A stretch of 64,000 bases of DNA from Alphaproteobacteria bacterium (GCA_016870095.1 VGCI01000001.1:266922-330921), one strand, 5' to 3'. Numbered from the stretch's first letter, positions 40,883 through 53,281 are shown. The notes: generated from the sequence alone by a model not told the origin. Program-made: numbers and translations.

Positions 40883-41452
40883 TTACTTGCCTATAAAATT
40901 TCGAATAGATCTTATCTGCTTCTCAATACTTAATGTGCCATCCACGACAAAATCCGCAGCCGTTTTCTCGGCAGTATCAAAGAATAAAGGACGAGAATGA
41001 TCAAGATAATATTGAAGATCTTCAAGAACATGGTTTACCGTTCGAGGATCTTTTTTAAAATCTCGTAAAGTGCGTCGTGCAAGTGCAACATCTAAGGGCG
41101 TATCAATATGAATCCATGTATCGATGAAATGACCTGTTTGTTGGTGAAAGCGACCTAAAGGCGCATCAAAAATAATATACTTTGTGGGGAATAATTCGTT
41201 ATTTAATACAGGGTGGATTACACAATTCCCCTTCTTTAAGGTATCTAAAGTTGTAGCTAAAGTTGGATAATCCCAAGTTTCATATCCCTGCCCACTGTTA
41301 TGCCAAGCAACATAATCATCTGGACTTGTAGAAATTTCGTCAAAATCATCCCAAAAAACAGCTGTTGCGTTTAGAACTTTTGACAGAGCTTGAGTGACTG
41401 TTGTTTTCCCAGCCCCGGAGATTCCACTTATTCCGATAATCAGAGTTGTCAT
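40883..41452 (-). CDS. P-loop nucleoside/nucleotide kinase-like protein
   Basis: Walker A GISGAGKTT at the N-terminus, 189 aa, uridine-kinase-like size. Substrate not assignable. Confidence 0.55.
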   Translation of the reverse strand: MTTLIIGISGISGAGKTTVTQALSKVLNATAVFWDDFDEISTSPDDYVAWHNSGQGYETWDYPTLATTLDTLKKGNCVIHPVLNNELFPTKYIIFDAPLGRFHQQTGHFIDTWIHIDTPLDVALARRTLRDFKKDPRTVNHVLEDLQYYLDHSRPLFFDTAEKTAADFVVDGTLSIEKQIRSIRNFIGK

Positions 41453-41608
41453 GTGAAAATTTCCAAAAAAATCAAATAATTATTATAATCGCTTGGAAGA
41501 TAAGCTTTTTGATAAAATCCATATTTCCCATGATGCTTTGCAAAATCAAGCTTAACACACCTTCAAAAAAAATGTTACGGTACATAAAAACCACACGGGA
41601 GAAAAATT

Positions 41609-42688
41609 TTGATTAAAAAAATTGGTGTTTTAACCAGTGGGGGAGATTGCGCGGGGTTAAATGCGGCCATTCGCGCTATTACCTATCGGGCAATTCAAAC
41701 TTATGGTTGGCATGTGATCGGTATTCATAATGGTACGACAGGATTAATTGTTCGACCACTAGATTACCAAGAATTGACTCTGACTACCTGCAACAGCATG
41801 ATGATGCGCAGTGGCGGCACGATGCTAGGAAGCACAAATAAAAACGACCCTTTTAGCTTCCCAGATAGCCGTGGCAATCGCACCGATCGTTCTCAAGATT
41901 TCATAGATGGGTACAACGAACTAGGTCTTGATGCTTTAATCGGGATTGGGGGGGATGGAAGCATGCGGATCCTGCGGCAACTGGCTCAGCAGGGAAATTT
42001 GAATCTCGTGACCATTCCTAAAACCATTGATAATGACTTAGGCCATACGGAAAGTGCAGTTGGCTATCCAACAGCTGTTGAGGTTGCAACGGAAGCTTTA
42101 GACCGTCTTCAACCCACAGCGGCTAGCCATAAACGCGTTATGATTCTTGAGGTAATGGGGCGGGACGCGGGGCATATTGCTTTAAGTGCCGGCATTGCGG
42201 GTGGTGCAGATATTATTCTTATACCTGAAATTCCTTATACCTTAGAGAAAATTACCCATAAAATTTCATCTCTTGCTGATTTAGGAAAAACTTTTGCCCT
42301 TATTATTGTTGCAGAAGCCGTGAAAACTGAAGATGGTAGCCCTGTTATCCAAGCCAATGAAGGCACGAGGGCTCGCTATGGGGGTATTTCATCGTATTTG
42401 GCAGAAAAAATTACAGAATCCACAGGGGCTGAAGTTCGAGCGATGGCTTTGGGTCATGTACAACGTGGCGGGCAGCCGTGTGCCCAAGATCGCATTCTCG
42501 CATCAGCGTTTGGTGTACATGCTGTGGATTTAATTTCGCAAGGAAAATTTGATCGAATGGTGGCATGGCATAATCGGCAGGTCGAAGATGTACCCATCGA
42601 AGATGCGATCAATCAGTTTCAAGAGGTTGATATCCACGGTGCTATGGTTCGCACAGCTCGTGGCTTAGGGATATTTTTGGGTGATTAA
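41609..42688 (+). CDS. pfk: 6-phosphofructokinase (phosphoryl donor uncertain)
   Basis: TTG start with gggag RBS. Motifs GVLTSGGDCAGLNAAIR, GIGGDGS, PKTIDND, MGRDAGH. Confidence 0.9.
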   Translation: MIKKIGVLTSGGDCAGLNAAIRAITYRAIQTYGWHVIGIHNGTTGLIVRPLDYQELTLTTCNSMMMRSGGTMLGSTNKNDPFSFPDSRGNRTDRSQDFIDGYNELGLDALIGIGGDGSMRILRQLAQQGNLNLVTIPKTIDNDLGHTESAVGYPTAVEVATEALDRLQPTAASHKRVMILEVMGRDAGHIALSAGIAGGADIILIPEIPYTLEKITHKISSLADLGKTFALIIVAEAVKTEDGSPVIQANEGTRARYGGISSYLAEKITESTGAEVRAMALGHVQRGGQPCAQDRILASAFGVHAVDLISQGKFDRMVAWHNRQVEDVPIEDAINQFQEVDIHGAMVRTARGLGIFLGD

Positions 42689-42726
42689 TGAAATAGTGAT
42701 TCTAAACTTCCTATTGTTCCCCAAAT

Positions 42727-43758
42727 TCAATTAGATTTTAGTCTTTTACCTACTTCCAAAGCAGAATAGGTGAAAATTCCCGTTGCACCTGCACGTTTCA
42801 AAGATAATAGCGTTTCCAGCAACGCCGCCTGTTCATCAAGCCAACCGTTGGCTGCTGCTGCTTTTATCATGCTATATTCTCCACTAACATGATAAGCAAA
42901 TGTAGGCACCTTAAATGTTTGTGAAACACGGGAAATAATATCCAAATAAGGAAGGCCCGGTTTGATCATAACCATGTCGGCCCCCTCTTGCAGATCCATA
43001 GCGACTTCTCGTAAAGCTTCCTGTGCATTAGCTGGATTCATTTGATACGTCTTCTTATCTCCGACAGGGCGTCCATTTTGACCTGGCAATTTTACAGCAC
43101 CGACGGCCTCGCGAAAGGGACCATAAAAAGCCGAAGCATATTTCGCTGCATAGCTCATTATAGCTCTATCTTGAAAATTATGATCATCCAGAGCTTTACG
43201 AATGACAGCAATGCGGCCATCCATCATATCGGAGGGTGCAATAATATCCGCACCCGCTTCTGCTTGTACAACAGATTGTTTGGCTAACAATTCAAGACTC
43301 AAATCATTATCAATAGTTTGACCATTCCAGACACCATCATGGCCATGAGTTGTGTAGGGATCAAGAGCCACATCGGTTATCACGCCAACAAGAGGTGTTA
43401 ATTCTTTAATGGCGCGGATGGCTTGGCAAATAAGATTTTCTGGATTAAAGGCTTCTCGCCCATCTGGAGTTTTAAGACCTTGAGGGGTTAGGGGAAACAA
43501 GTCAATTGCGGGAATACCAGCTTCAACGACTTGTTCAATAATCTGAGGAAGCTCTGCAAGGCTCCATCGTCGTACACCTGGCATACTGGGAATATCCGCT
43601 TGTCCATCGGGGTAGCGAATAAAAAGGGGAAGAATGAGGTCAGAAGGATGAAGCTGCGTTTCTTGGACCATATCACGCAACCAACTATGAGTGCGTAAGC
43701 GTCGTAATCTCGTTTCGGGAAACTGTCCGAAGTTCATAAGCTTGTCCCTGGGTTTCAA
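42727..43758 (-). CDS. hemB: Porphobilinogen synthase (delta-aminolevulinate dehydratase)
   Basis: ALAD motifs RLRRLR, SDMMDGR, YQMNPAN, MIKPGLPYLDII. Start is either the TTG at 43758 or the ATG at 43737. Confidence 0.93.
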   Translation of the reverse strand: MKPRDKLMNFGQFPETRLRRLRTHSWLRDMVQETQLHPSDLILPLFIRYPDGQADIPSMPGVRRWSLAELPQIIEQVVEAGIPAIDLFPLTPQGLKTPDGREAFNPENLICQAIRAIKELTPLVGVITDVALDPYTTHGHDGVWNGQTIDNDLSLELLAKQSVVQAEAGADIIAPSDMMDGRIAVIRKALDDHNFQDRAIMSYAAKYASAFYGPFREAVGAVKLPGQNGRPVGDKKTYQMNPANAQEALREVAMDLQEGADMVMIKPGLPYLDIISRVSQTFKVPTFAYHVSGEYSMIKAAAANGWLDEQAALLETLLSLKRAGATGIFTYSALEVGKRLKSN

Positions 43759-44035
43759 CTTTCCTCAATTTATAAAAGAATCTAACATCATTAGCAATAG
43801 ACCCTTCATAAGTCTTTCAAGGATATTTTACTTAATGTGATTGTCATTATTTAAAGCAATGCCATTTTCTATATTTCTCAAAAAACAACATATTTTTTTG
43901 TGGACTTAAAGTCAGTATCATTGCGAAAATCAATTTAGGAAATGAGAGACAGGAAATATCTGACTGATTTTTAAAGTTTATACGCTAATGTTACGTATTA
44001 TATTCAGTGGATAAGCATTTCGATTGCGGGGCCTC

Positions 44036-45184
44036 ATGGATTTTTCAATATCACCAGAACAAGCTTCTTTCCAAATCTTAGCCAGAAATTTTGCCAACGA
44101 CCAATTGGCCCCTTTTGCGAGTACGTGGGATCGGGAGGAAATTTTTCCCGTTCCCACTTTACGAAAGGCGGCTGAATTAGGATTTGGAGGGATAATGGTT
44201 CGCCCCGAGTTTGGGGGATGTGGCTTAGGACGTTTAGATAGTGTATTGATTTTTGAAGAATTAGCTAAAGGTTGTCCTTCCACAGTAGGTTACCTATCTG
44301 TTCACAATATGGTGTCATATCTTCTGGATCGGTATGGATCATTCAACCAACATCAGAAATGGTTACCTAAATTAACGACCATGCAATGGCTTTCAAGTTA
44401 CTGTTTAACAGAGCCGGAGTTTGGAAGTGATGCCGCATCTCTTGCCACTAAGGCCATACGTGAGGGTGATTTTTACAAAATAACGGGTACAAAAGCCTTC
44501 ATTTCTGGGGGAGGGGTGAGTGATCTATATTTATGTATGGCACGGACTGGAGAGCCAGGGGCAAAAGGTATCACCGCGTTTTTAATTGAAAAAGATACGC
44601 CAGGATTAAGCTTTGGGAAATGTGAAGATAAGATGGGGTGGCGTTGCCAACCAACAACGATGGTTGTGTTGGATGGTGTTCGTGTACCTGTTGCAAACCG
44701 TTTAGGCGAAGAAGGCGATGGATTTAAGATTGCAATGAATGGTCTTGATGGGGGAAGGCTAAATATAGCCGCATGTTCTTTAGGGGGTGCGCAAGCTTGC
44801 TTAGAACTTGCCTTAAAATATGCCAATGAGCGAAAACAATTTGGCAACAAACTTAACGAATTTCAAGCAACCCAATTTCGACTAGCAGATATGGCTACAG
44901 AATTGGCTGCTGCACAATTAATGGTTCATAAGGCGGCATGCATGTTGGATAAGGGAAATACTGACGCTACCCTTTTCTGTGCTATGGCCAAACGACTGGC
45001 CACAGATACAGGATTTAAAGTGGCAAATGATGCTCTTCAATTGCATGGGGGGTATGGCTATATTAAGGATTTTCAGGTAGAACGTTATTTGCGAGATTTG
45101 CGTGTTCATCAAATTCTCGAAGGAACAAATGAAATTATGCGGGTTATTATTGCCCGTAAACTGATTGAGACGTTTAAAGAATGA
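44036..45184 (+). CDS. Acyl-CoA dehydrogenase, isobutyryl-CoA dehydrogenase-like
   Basis: ACAD signatures (CLTEPEFGSDA; QLHGGYGYIKDFQVERYLRDLRVHQILEGTNEIMR). Start trimmed to the ATG at 44036. ATGA-coupled to a 3-hydroxyisobutyryl-CoA hydrolase-like gene, which suggests valine catabolism. Confidence 0.8.
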   Translation: MDFSISPEQASFQILARNFANDQLAPFASTWDREEIFPVPTLRKAAELGFGGIMVRPEFGGCGLGRLDSVLIFEELAKGCPSTVGYLSVHNMVSYLLDRYGSFNQHQKWLPKLTTMQWLSSYCLTEPEFGSDAASLATKAIREGDFYKITGTKAFISGGGVSDLYLCMARTGEPGAKGITAFLIEKDTPGLSFGKCEDKMGWRCQPTTMVVLDGVRVPVANRLGEEGDGFKIAMNGLDGGRLNIAACSLGGAQACLELALKYANERKQFGNKLNEFQATQFRLADMATELAAAQLMVHKAACMLDKGNTDATLFCAMAKRLATDTGFKVANDALQLHGGYGYIKDFQVERYLRDLRVHQILEGTNEIMRVIIARKLIETFKE

Positions 45185-46239
45185 CCCTTGTGCCCTCCGC
45201 TAAACCAGCTGATGATCAAGAAATCTTGTGCCAAATTGAGGGCAATGCTGGTGTCATTACCTTAAATCGTCCAAAAGCTTTAAATGCCCTTTCTTTGGAT
45301 ATGATTCGCCAAATTACACAAAACTTATTAAGGTGGAAAGATGATAAGCATGTAAGAACCATTCTGATTCGAAGCAGTACTGATAAAGCCTTTTGTGCTG
45401 GGGGAGATATTCGTTCTGTTTACGATGCACGTTTACAGGGCGATAAAGAGTTAACAGTAAATATCTTTCAAGAAGAATATCTTCTTAATTTTATGATCAG
45501 TATTTACCCAAAACCCTATATATCCCTTATTGATGGCATCGCCATGGGCGGGGGGTTAGGACTTTCTATTCATGGCAGTCATCGGGTTGTAACCGAACGA
45601 GCCCTCTTAGCAATGCCGGAAACCAATATTGGCTTTTTCCCAGATGTGGGCGCAGGTTACTTTCTCAATCAATGTCCGGGGGAAATTGGAACTTTTCTTG
45701 GAGTATTGGGGGAGAGTATTTCAGGTGAAGATGCGCTTTATGCTGGTCTGGCCACCCATCACCTCGCATCTCGGGATGTTGAAGCCATTTACAATGCCTT
45801 AACTGAAGCGCAATCCCAGGAAGAAGTTGATGATATTTTGCAAGACGCAGCGGGCGGGCAGAGCGATTGTTTCTTACAAACCCATCGCAATCTTATTGAT
45901 CGCTGCTTTTCATTCTCCACCATTGAGGAGATTTTTGAAGCTCTTCAGCAAGGATCAGATTCAGTTGCCCGTGAATGGTTAAAGAAGAGCTGGAAGAAGT
46001 CGCCGACGAGTTTAAAATTGGCATTATCAATGATAAGACGTAACAAAGGAATGTCCTTAAGGGATGTTTTGGCGTTAGACTTTCAGGTGAGTCAGCACTG
46101 CGTGGCAAAACATGATTTTCTTGAAGGGATTCGAGCCTTACTTATTGATAAAGATCAAAATCCCTCCTGGAGTCCCTCAAATTTGAGTGATGTCAATGAA
46201 GAAGTGATTGCTGAATATTTTTTAGATGTAAGTCATTAA
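45181..46239 (+). CDS. 3-hydroxyisobutyryl-CoA hydrolase-like (crotonase superfamily)
   Basis: 352 aa, the long form typical of HIBCH. Crotonase motifs FCAGGDIRS and DGIAMGGGLGLS. Confidence 0.75.
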   Translation: MTLVPSAKPADDQEILCQIEGNAGVITLNRPKALNALSLDMIRQITQNLLRWKDDKHVRTILIRSSTDKAFCAGGDIRSVYDARLQGDKELTVNIFQEEYLLNFMISIYPKPYISLIDGIAMGGGLGLSIHGSHRVVTERALLAMPETNIGFFPDVGAGYFLNQCPGEIGTFLGVLGESISGEDALYAGLATHHLASRDVEAIYNALTEAQSQEEVDDILQDAAGGQSDCFLQTHRNLIDRCFSFSTIEEIFEALQQGSDSVAREWLKKSWKKSPTSLKLALSMIRRNKGMSLRDVLALDFQVSQHCVAKHDFLEGIRALLIDKDQNPSWSPSNLSDVNEEVIAEYFLDVSH

Positions 46240-46373
46240 TTTATTTATATCATTGTAGAAATAATATAAACATAAAAAATCTGTACCCATTTTTTCTCAC
46301 TATAACCTCTTGTGTCTATGTGGCGTTAGCGTCAAAATGCTTATGGTGAGAAATTAAATTTAGGCAGATATGA

Positions 46374-48871
<2,498 letters not shown>

Positions 48872-48880
48872 GAAATTGAT

Positions 48881-49774
48881 ATGACAATAGCTGTAGCGAC
48901 TTTTAACCCACCCTATGAGGCTGACGTTCAAGACTACTTTGATCTTTTAAAACCCAGAGTCATGTCTCTGGTGGTTTTTACTGGTCTGTGCGGACTTTTA
49001 ATGGCACCTGGTACTATTCACCCCCTACTGGCCTTCACAGCAATTTTATCAATCGCTGTGGGAGCGGGAGCTGCTGGTTGTTTAAATATGTGGTGGGATA
49101 GGGACATAGATAAACTCATGAGTCGTACGCAAAAGCGTCCTATACCTGCGGGTCGTATCGATCCTGATAGTGCTCTATCTTTTGGAGTCATTTTGAGCGT
49201 TTTATCTGTGATAACTATGGGTGTGGCTATTCATTGGTTTGCCGCAGCCTTATTGGCAACCACTATTCTATTTTATATCGTAATTTACTCAATGTGGCTG
49301 AAGCGTTGGACGCCACAAAATATAGTTATTGGCGGAGCAGCTGGCGCTTTACCCCCTGTTATTGGATGGTGTGCTGTAACACAAACGGCACCCATGGAAG
49401 CTTGGATACTTTTTGGTATTATTTTCCTATGGACTCCCCCTCATTTTTGGGCGCTCTCGCTTTATAATCACCAAGACTATGCGCGGGCCGACGTACCCAT
49501 GCTACCTGTTACGGCTGGTATTGCAGCAACCAAACGCCAAATTGTATTGTATAGTTTTTTGTTATTTTTCATGAGCCTATTACCATCGATTATCGGGATG
49601 GTTACGTGGATATATGGGGGAATAGCCAGTCTTCTGGGGGTAGGATTTATGATTTTAGCCTTGCGAGTCATGCGTCATGGTAATCCTAAAATTGCCGTGC
49701 AGTTGTTTGTCTATTCTATTGTGTATTTATTTGCTTTATTTTTGGTGATGACTATGGATCGGATATGTCTATGA
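48881..49774 (+). CDS. ctaB: Protoheme IX farnesyltransferase (heme O synthase)
   Basis: UbiA-family polytopic protein with NMWWDRDIDKLMSRTQKRP motif, 297 aa. Confidence 0.93.
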   Translation: MTIAVATFNPPYEADVQDYFDLLKPRVMSLVVFTGLCGLLMAPGTIHPLLAFTAILSIAVGAGAAGCLNMWWDRDIDKLMSRTQKRPIPAGRIDPDSALSFGVILSVLSVITMGVAIHWFAAALLATTILFYIVIYSMWLKRWTPQNIVIGGAAGALPPVIGWCAVTQTAPMEAWILFGIIFLWTPPHFWALSLYNHQDYARADVPMLPVTAGIAATKRQIVLYSFLLFFMSLLPSIIGMVTWIYGGIASLLGVGFMILALRVMRHGNPKIAVQLFVYSIVYLFALFLVMTMDRICL

Positions 49775-49887
49775 AAAATTCTTTAAACACTAAACTAGCT
49801 CTTCGCAATAAAGCCATGCTTTACGCTTTGGGTGGTTTTTCTCTCCTATTATACTTTATTTCCTTCGCGCGATTGGGGCAATGGTAG
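49771..49887 (+). CDS. Small single-TM protein (38 aa) between ctaB and ctaG, absent from the ORF track
   Basis: My translation is MKNSLNTKLALRNKAMLYALGGFSLLLYFISFARLGQW*. Its ATG overlaps the ctaB stop (ATGA at 49771-49774) and its last codons overlap the ctaG ATG (caATGgTAG, 49881-49887). One hydrophobic helix. Confidence 0.5.
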   Translation: MKNSLNTKLALRNKAMLYALGGFSLLLYFISFARLGQW

Positions 49888-50402
49888 CGACACGCAACCT
49901 GGGTGTTGTTCTGACAGGCGTGTGTGTAACAATGTTAGTCCTGGCATATGCTTCCGTGCCTTTATACCGAATGTTTTGTCAAAAAACCGGATATGGAGGG
50001 ACTACCCAGAGAGCAGAAAGTGCCTCGACTCAAGTCATAGATAGAATCATTACCGTTCGCTTTAATGGCGATACCCATCGAGACTTGCCGTGGCACTTTC
50101 GTCCTCTCCAAACGGAGATAAAAGTTAAGGTTGGTGAAAATGCGCTAGCATTTTATGAATCTCAAAATTGGTCAGATCAGCCGGTATGTGGTATGGCTAC
50201 CTATAACGTTACTCCTGATAAAGCAGGGATTTACTTCAATAAAGTTGCTTGTTTTTGCTTTGAGGAGCAAGTATTATCCCCCCAACAACGGGTCGAAATG
50301 CCAGTTCAGTTTTTTATTGATCCTGACTTTGCTAGCGATCCAGATTTGAAAGATGTAAACACCATAACCCTTTCCTACACTTTTTTTAAACTCAACAAAT
50401 AA
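49881..50402 (+). CDS. ctaG: Cytochrome c oxidase assembly protein CtaG (Cox11)
   Basis: N-terminal TM anchor, YRMFCQKTGYGGT and Cu-binding CFCF motif (KVACFCFEEQ). Confidence 0.93.
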   Translation: MVATRNLGVVLTGVCVTMLVLAYASVPLYRMFCQKTGYGGTTQRAESASTQVIDRIITVRFNGDTHRDLPWHFRPLQTEIKVKVGENALAFYESQNWSDQPVCGMATYNVTPDKAGIYFNKVACFCFEEQVLSPQQRVEMPVQFFIDPDFASDPDLKDVNTITLSYTFFKLNK

Positions 50403-50417
50403 TAAGGTTACAAAAAT

Positions 50418-52355
50418 ATGAAATTATGGATTCGCAATATCTCCCTTATGATCATGCTGGGTGTTTCAGCAACCTCGGCAGAACCTAAAAATAGTTTGGC
50501 TCGATTTGGTAACCCAAAGTATCCTGCTGACTTTAAAGCATTCTCATATGTTAATCCCGAAGCTCCTAAGGGGGGTAAACTAAAAATGGGGACTTTTGGA
50601 ACATTTGATACCTTAAATCAATACATTGCTAAAGGAATTCCCCCTGTTGTTCTTGCTATTCAGAGTGGTTCTTTAACTATGGACTCTTTAATGACAAGAG
50701 CGGTGGATGAGCCTTTTTCTCTATACGCGCTTATAGCAGAAAAAGTTGATCTTGCGGCTGATAACTCATCTATAATTTATTATCTGAATCCCGCTGCTAA
50801 ATTCCATGATGGCTCCTCAATCACAGCAGAAGATGTGAAATTTAGCTATGAAATGTTGAAAGAACAAGGATTGCCCCGGTATCGGCAATTTTATGGCAAA
50901 ATAGAGAAAATTGATATTATCAATCCAACAACAATTAAGCTCACTTTCAAAAAAACAGAAACGGGAGACTATGATCCTGAAATTCCTTTAATTACCTCTA
51001 TGTTACACGTTTTTTCCAAGAAACAGTATGAGGGAAAAAATTTTCGGGAAACCGGCATGACTCCTTTATTAGGAAGTGGCCCCTATAAAGTGGTTAAGGC
51101 CGAACCCGGACGTTCAATTACTTACGAAAGAGTTAAAGATTATTGGGGTAAGGATTTGCCCGTTAATAAGGGGAAATACAATTTTGACATTATTCAGCTC
51201 GATTATTACAAAAACGCAGAAGCTCAGTTTCAAGCGTTTAAAGCGGGAGAATTTGATGCATTTTTTGAGGTAAATTCTCAACAATGGCGAGATGGGTATA
51301 ATACTCCTGCCGTTCGATCGGGAAAAATCTTAAAAGTTGAAGCTAAGCATAAAAGACCTGTGACGGTTCGCACATCAATCTTTAATATGCGACGCCCTTT
51401 GTTTCAAGACATTCGAGTCCGACAAGCTATTGGTTTAGCGTTTGATTGGGAAACCGTGAACAAAATGATTTGTAACGATGATTATCAGCGCACAACTAGC
51501 CTTTTTGCGAATACACATCTCGCACACGCAGGTCCAGCTCAAGGGTTAGAATTAAAGTATTTAGCCCCCTATAAAGATAGTATTTCAAAAGATTTACTTC
51601 AATATGGCTATAGGGCTCCAACGACAAAAGGGGACGGGGATGCGCGTGAAAATCTAGAAGCAGCAGATAAACTATTAAATGAAGCTGGGTGGGTTGTTGT
51701 CACAGAAAAAGACCCTGTGACGCAGCAAAATGTTATACGACGTATCAATAAAGAAACGAAAGAACCTTTGGTTATTGAGTATATGTATAAAGATCCCCGT
51801 TTAGAAAGATTTCTCACAATTTTCCGACAAAATCTTCTTCAACTCGGGATTAACTTGCGCTTACGTTTTGTGGATTCTGTACAATATGAAGCGCGAGTTG
51901 GGGAGTCTGATTTTGATATGATCAGTCATTTATGGTCAAATTCTCTCAGCCCAGGCAATGAGCAAGTTTATTACTTTAGTGTAAAAAATGCCGATGTAAA
52001 AGGAAGCAGCAATTATATTGGTATGAAGGATCCTGTAGTTGAAGCCCTTGCTGAAAATGTGGTTAACGCAAAATCAGCTGAGGAACATGTAGCTGCTGTT
52101 CGCGCATTGGATCGTGTCGTGATGGGACGTCATTACTTTGTTCCCATGTTTTATGATAATACAATTTATTGGGCCTATTGGGCGGATAGAGTTGAATTTC
52201 CGCCTTTCAATCCATTAGTAGGAACGAATACTTTGGAATGGTGGTGGGCAAAACCAACCCCCATTGTAGCCGATAAGAGCCTTACAAAATCCTCTGAAAG
52301 TCGTGGGTTTGGGGCGTGGATACAGTCAAAGCTATCTTGGATTATGGGCAAATAG
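50418..52355 (+). CDS. Periplasmic ABC substrate-binding protein, family 5 (YejA/oligopeptide-like), orphan in this window
   Basis: 645 aa with signal peptide (LMIMLGVSATSA). Family-5 SBP-like blocks (FHDGSSITAEDVKFSYE; GSGPYKV). No permease or ATPase gene adjacent. Confidence 0.75.
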   Translation: MKLWIRNISLMIMLGVSATSAEPKNSLARFGNPKYPADFKAFSYVNPEAPKGGKLKMGTFGTFDTLNQYIAKGIPPVVLAIQSGSLTMDSLMTRAVDEPFSLYALIAEKVDLAADNSSIIYYLNPAAKFHDGSSITAEDVKFSYEMLKEQGLPRYRQFYGKIEKIDIINPTTIKLTFKKTETGDYDPEIPLITSMLHVFSKKQYEGKNFRETGMTPLLGSGPYKVVKAEPGRSITYERVKDYWGKDLPVNKGKYNFDIIQLDYYKNAEAQFQAFKAGEFDAFFEVNSQQWRDGYNTPAVRSGKILKVEAKHKRPVTVRTSIFNMRRPLFQDIRVRQAIGLAFDWETVNKMICNDDYQRTTSLFANTHLAHAGPAQGLELKYLAPYKDSISKDLLQYGYRAPTTKGDGDARENLEAADKLLNEAGWVVVTEKDPVTQQNVIRRINKETKEPLVIEYMYKDPRLERFLTIFRQNLLQLGINLRLRFVDSVQYEARVGESDFDMISHLWSNSLSPGNEQVYYFSVKNADVKGSSNYIGMKDPVVEALAENVVNAKSAEEHVAAVRALDRVVMGRHYFVPMFYDNTIYWAYWADRVEFPPFNPLVGTNTLEWWWAKPTPIVADKSLTKSSESRGFGAWIQSKLSWIMGK

Positions 52356-52411
52356 TAGGATATAATTAACTTCAAGTTTTGTATACTGATCTTAATCTTT
52401 TTGGAAAAGGA

Positions 52412-53281
52412 ATGAATCAGATGGCTAATTTTGAAGATAAGACTCAAAGTCAAAGCAGAGGGAAAGTTGGAGGGAATTCGGTGCCAGAAACGACAACGAG
52501 TCTTATAAAGCATTCATTCCATCTTGTTGATCCAAGTCCTTGGCCTTTCGTGGGGGGGCTTTCTTCTTTAGTCCTAGCTGTAGGGGCTGTTTTAGCAATG
52601 CATGGTCTTGATAAGGGAGTTTTTCCGGTAGGGGTGTTTATGATCCTTTTGACTATGGTTGGTTGGTGGCGAGACGTTGTGCGAGAAGGCAACACTCCTG
52701 GTTTACATACCCAAGCTGTACGACGGGGTTTGCGTGTTGGTATGCTGTTGTTTATTTGTTCAGAAATTATGTTTTTTGTTGCATTCTTTTGGGCTTACTT
52801 CAATGCAGCTTTGGCCCCTACAGAAGCTATTGGTTCTGTTTGGCCGCCCAAAAATATTATTCCTTTTGATCCCTTTCATTTGCCCTATTTTAACACGCTA
52901 TTGTTATTATTATCCGGGACGACCATAACATGGGCTCATCATGCCTTGCTGGAGAATAATCGAAAAGACGTGTTAACGGGTTTGGGGGTCACTATTGGCT
53001 TGGGACTCTTATTTACGACAGTGCAGGCTATTGAATATTCTCATGCCGCTTTCTCCTTTAAGGGAGGCATTTATCCGTCAACTTTTTTTATGGCGACGGG
53101 CTTTCATGGTTTTCATGTAATTGTGGGGACCCTTTTTTTAATGGTCTGTTGGTTTCGGGCTTATCGGTTTGAATTTACGCCTGATCATCATGTGGGGTTT
53201 GAATCGGCTGCCTGGTATTGGCATTTTGTTGACGTAGTTTGGTTGTTCTTATTTATTTCTATTTATTGGTGGGGTTATTAA
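52412..53281 (+). CDS. ctaE: Cytochrome c oxidase subunit III
   Basis: HSFHLVDPSPWP, seven-helix pattern, and C-terminal AAWYWHFVDVVWLFLF motif. The start is uncertain: ATG at 52412 or 52421, and the track's TTG at 52379 is probably too long. Confidence 0.93.
   Translation: MNQMANFEDKTQSQSRGKVGGNSVPETTTSLIKHSFHLVDPSPWPFVGGLSSLVLAVGAVLAMHGLDKGVFPVGVFMILLTMVGWWRDVVREGNTPGLHTQAVRRGLRVGMLLFICSEIMFFVAFFWAYFNAALAPTEAIGSVWPPKNIIPFDPFHLPYFNTLLLLLSGTTITWAHHALLENNRKDVLTGLGVTIGLGLLFTTVQAIEYSHAAFSFKGGIYPSTFFMATGFHGFHVIVGTLFLMVCWFRAYRFEFTPDHHVGFESAAWYWHFVDVVWLFLFISIYWWGY

Noticed and set aside
46293-46353. 8-bp inverted repeat tttctcac ... gtgagaaa with a spacer of about 45 nt upstream of ctaC. Other short palindromes are atacat-g-atgtat near 39755 and gagaatc-N19-gattctc near 54290.
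   Set aside because: Arms of 6-8 bp in AT-rich spacers are expected by chance many times in 64 kb, and there is no supporting context.
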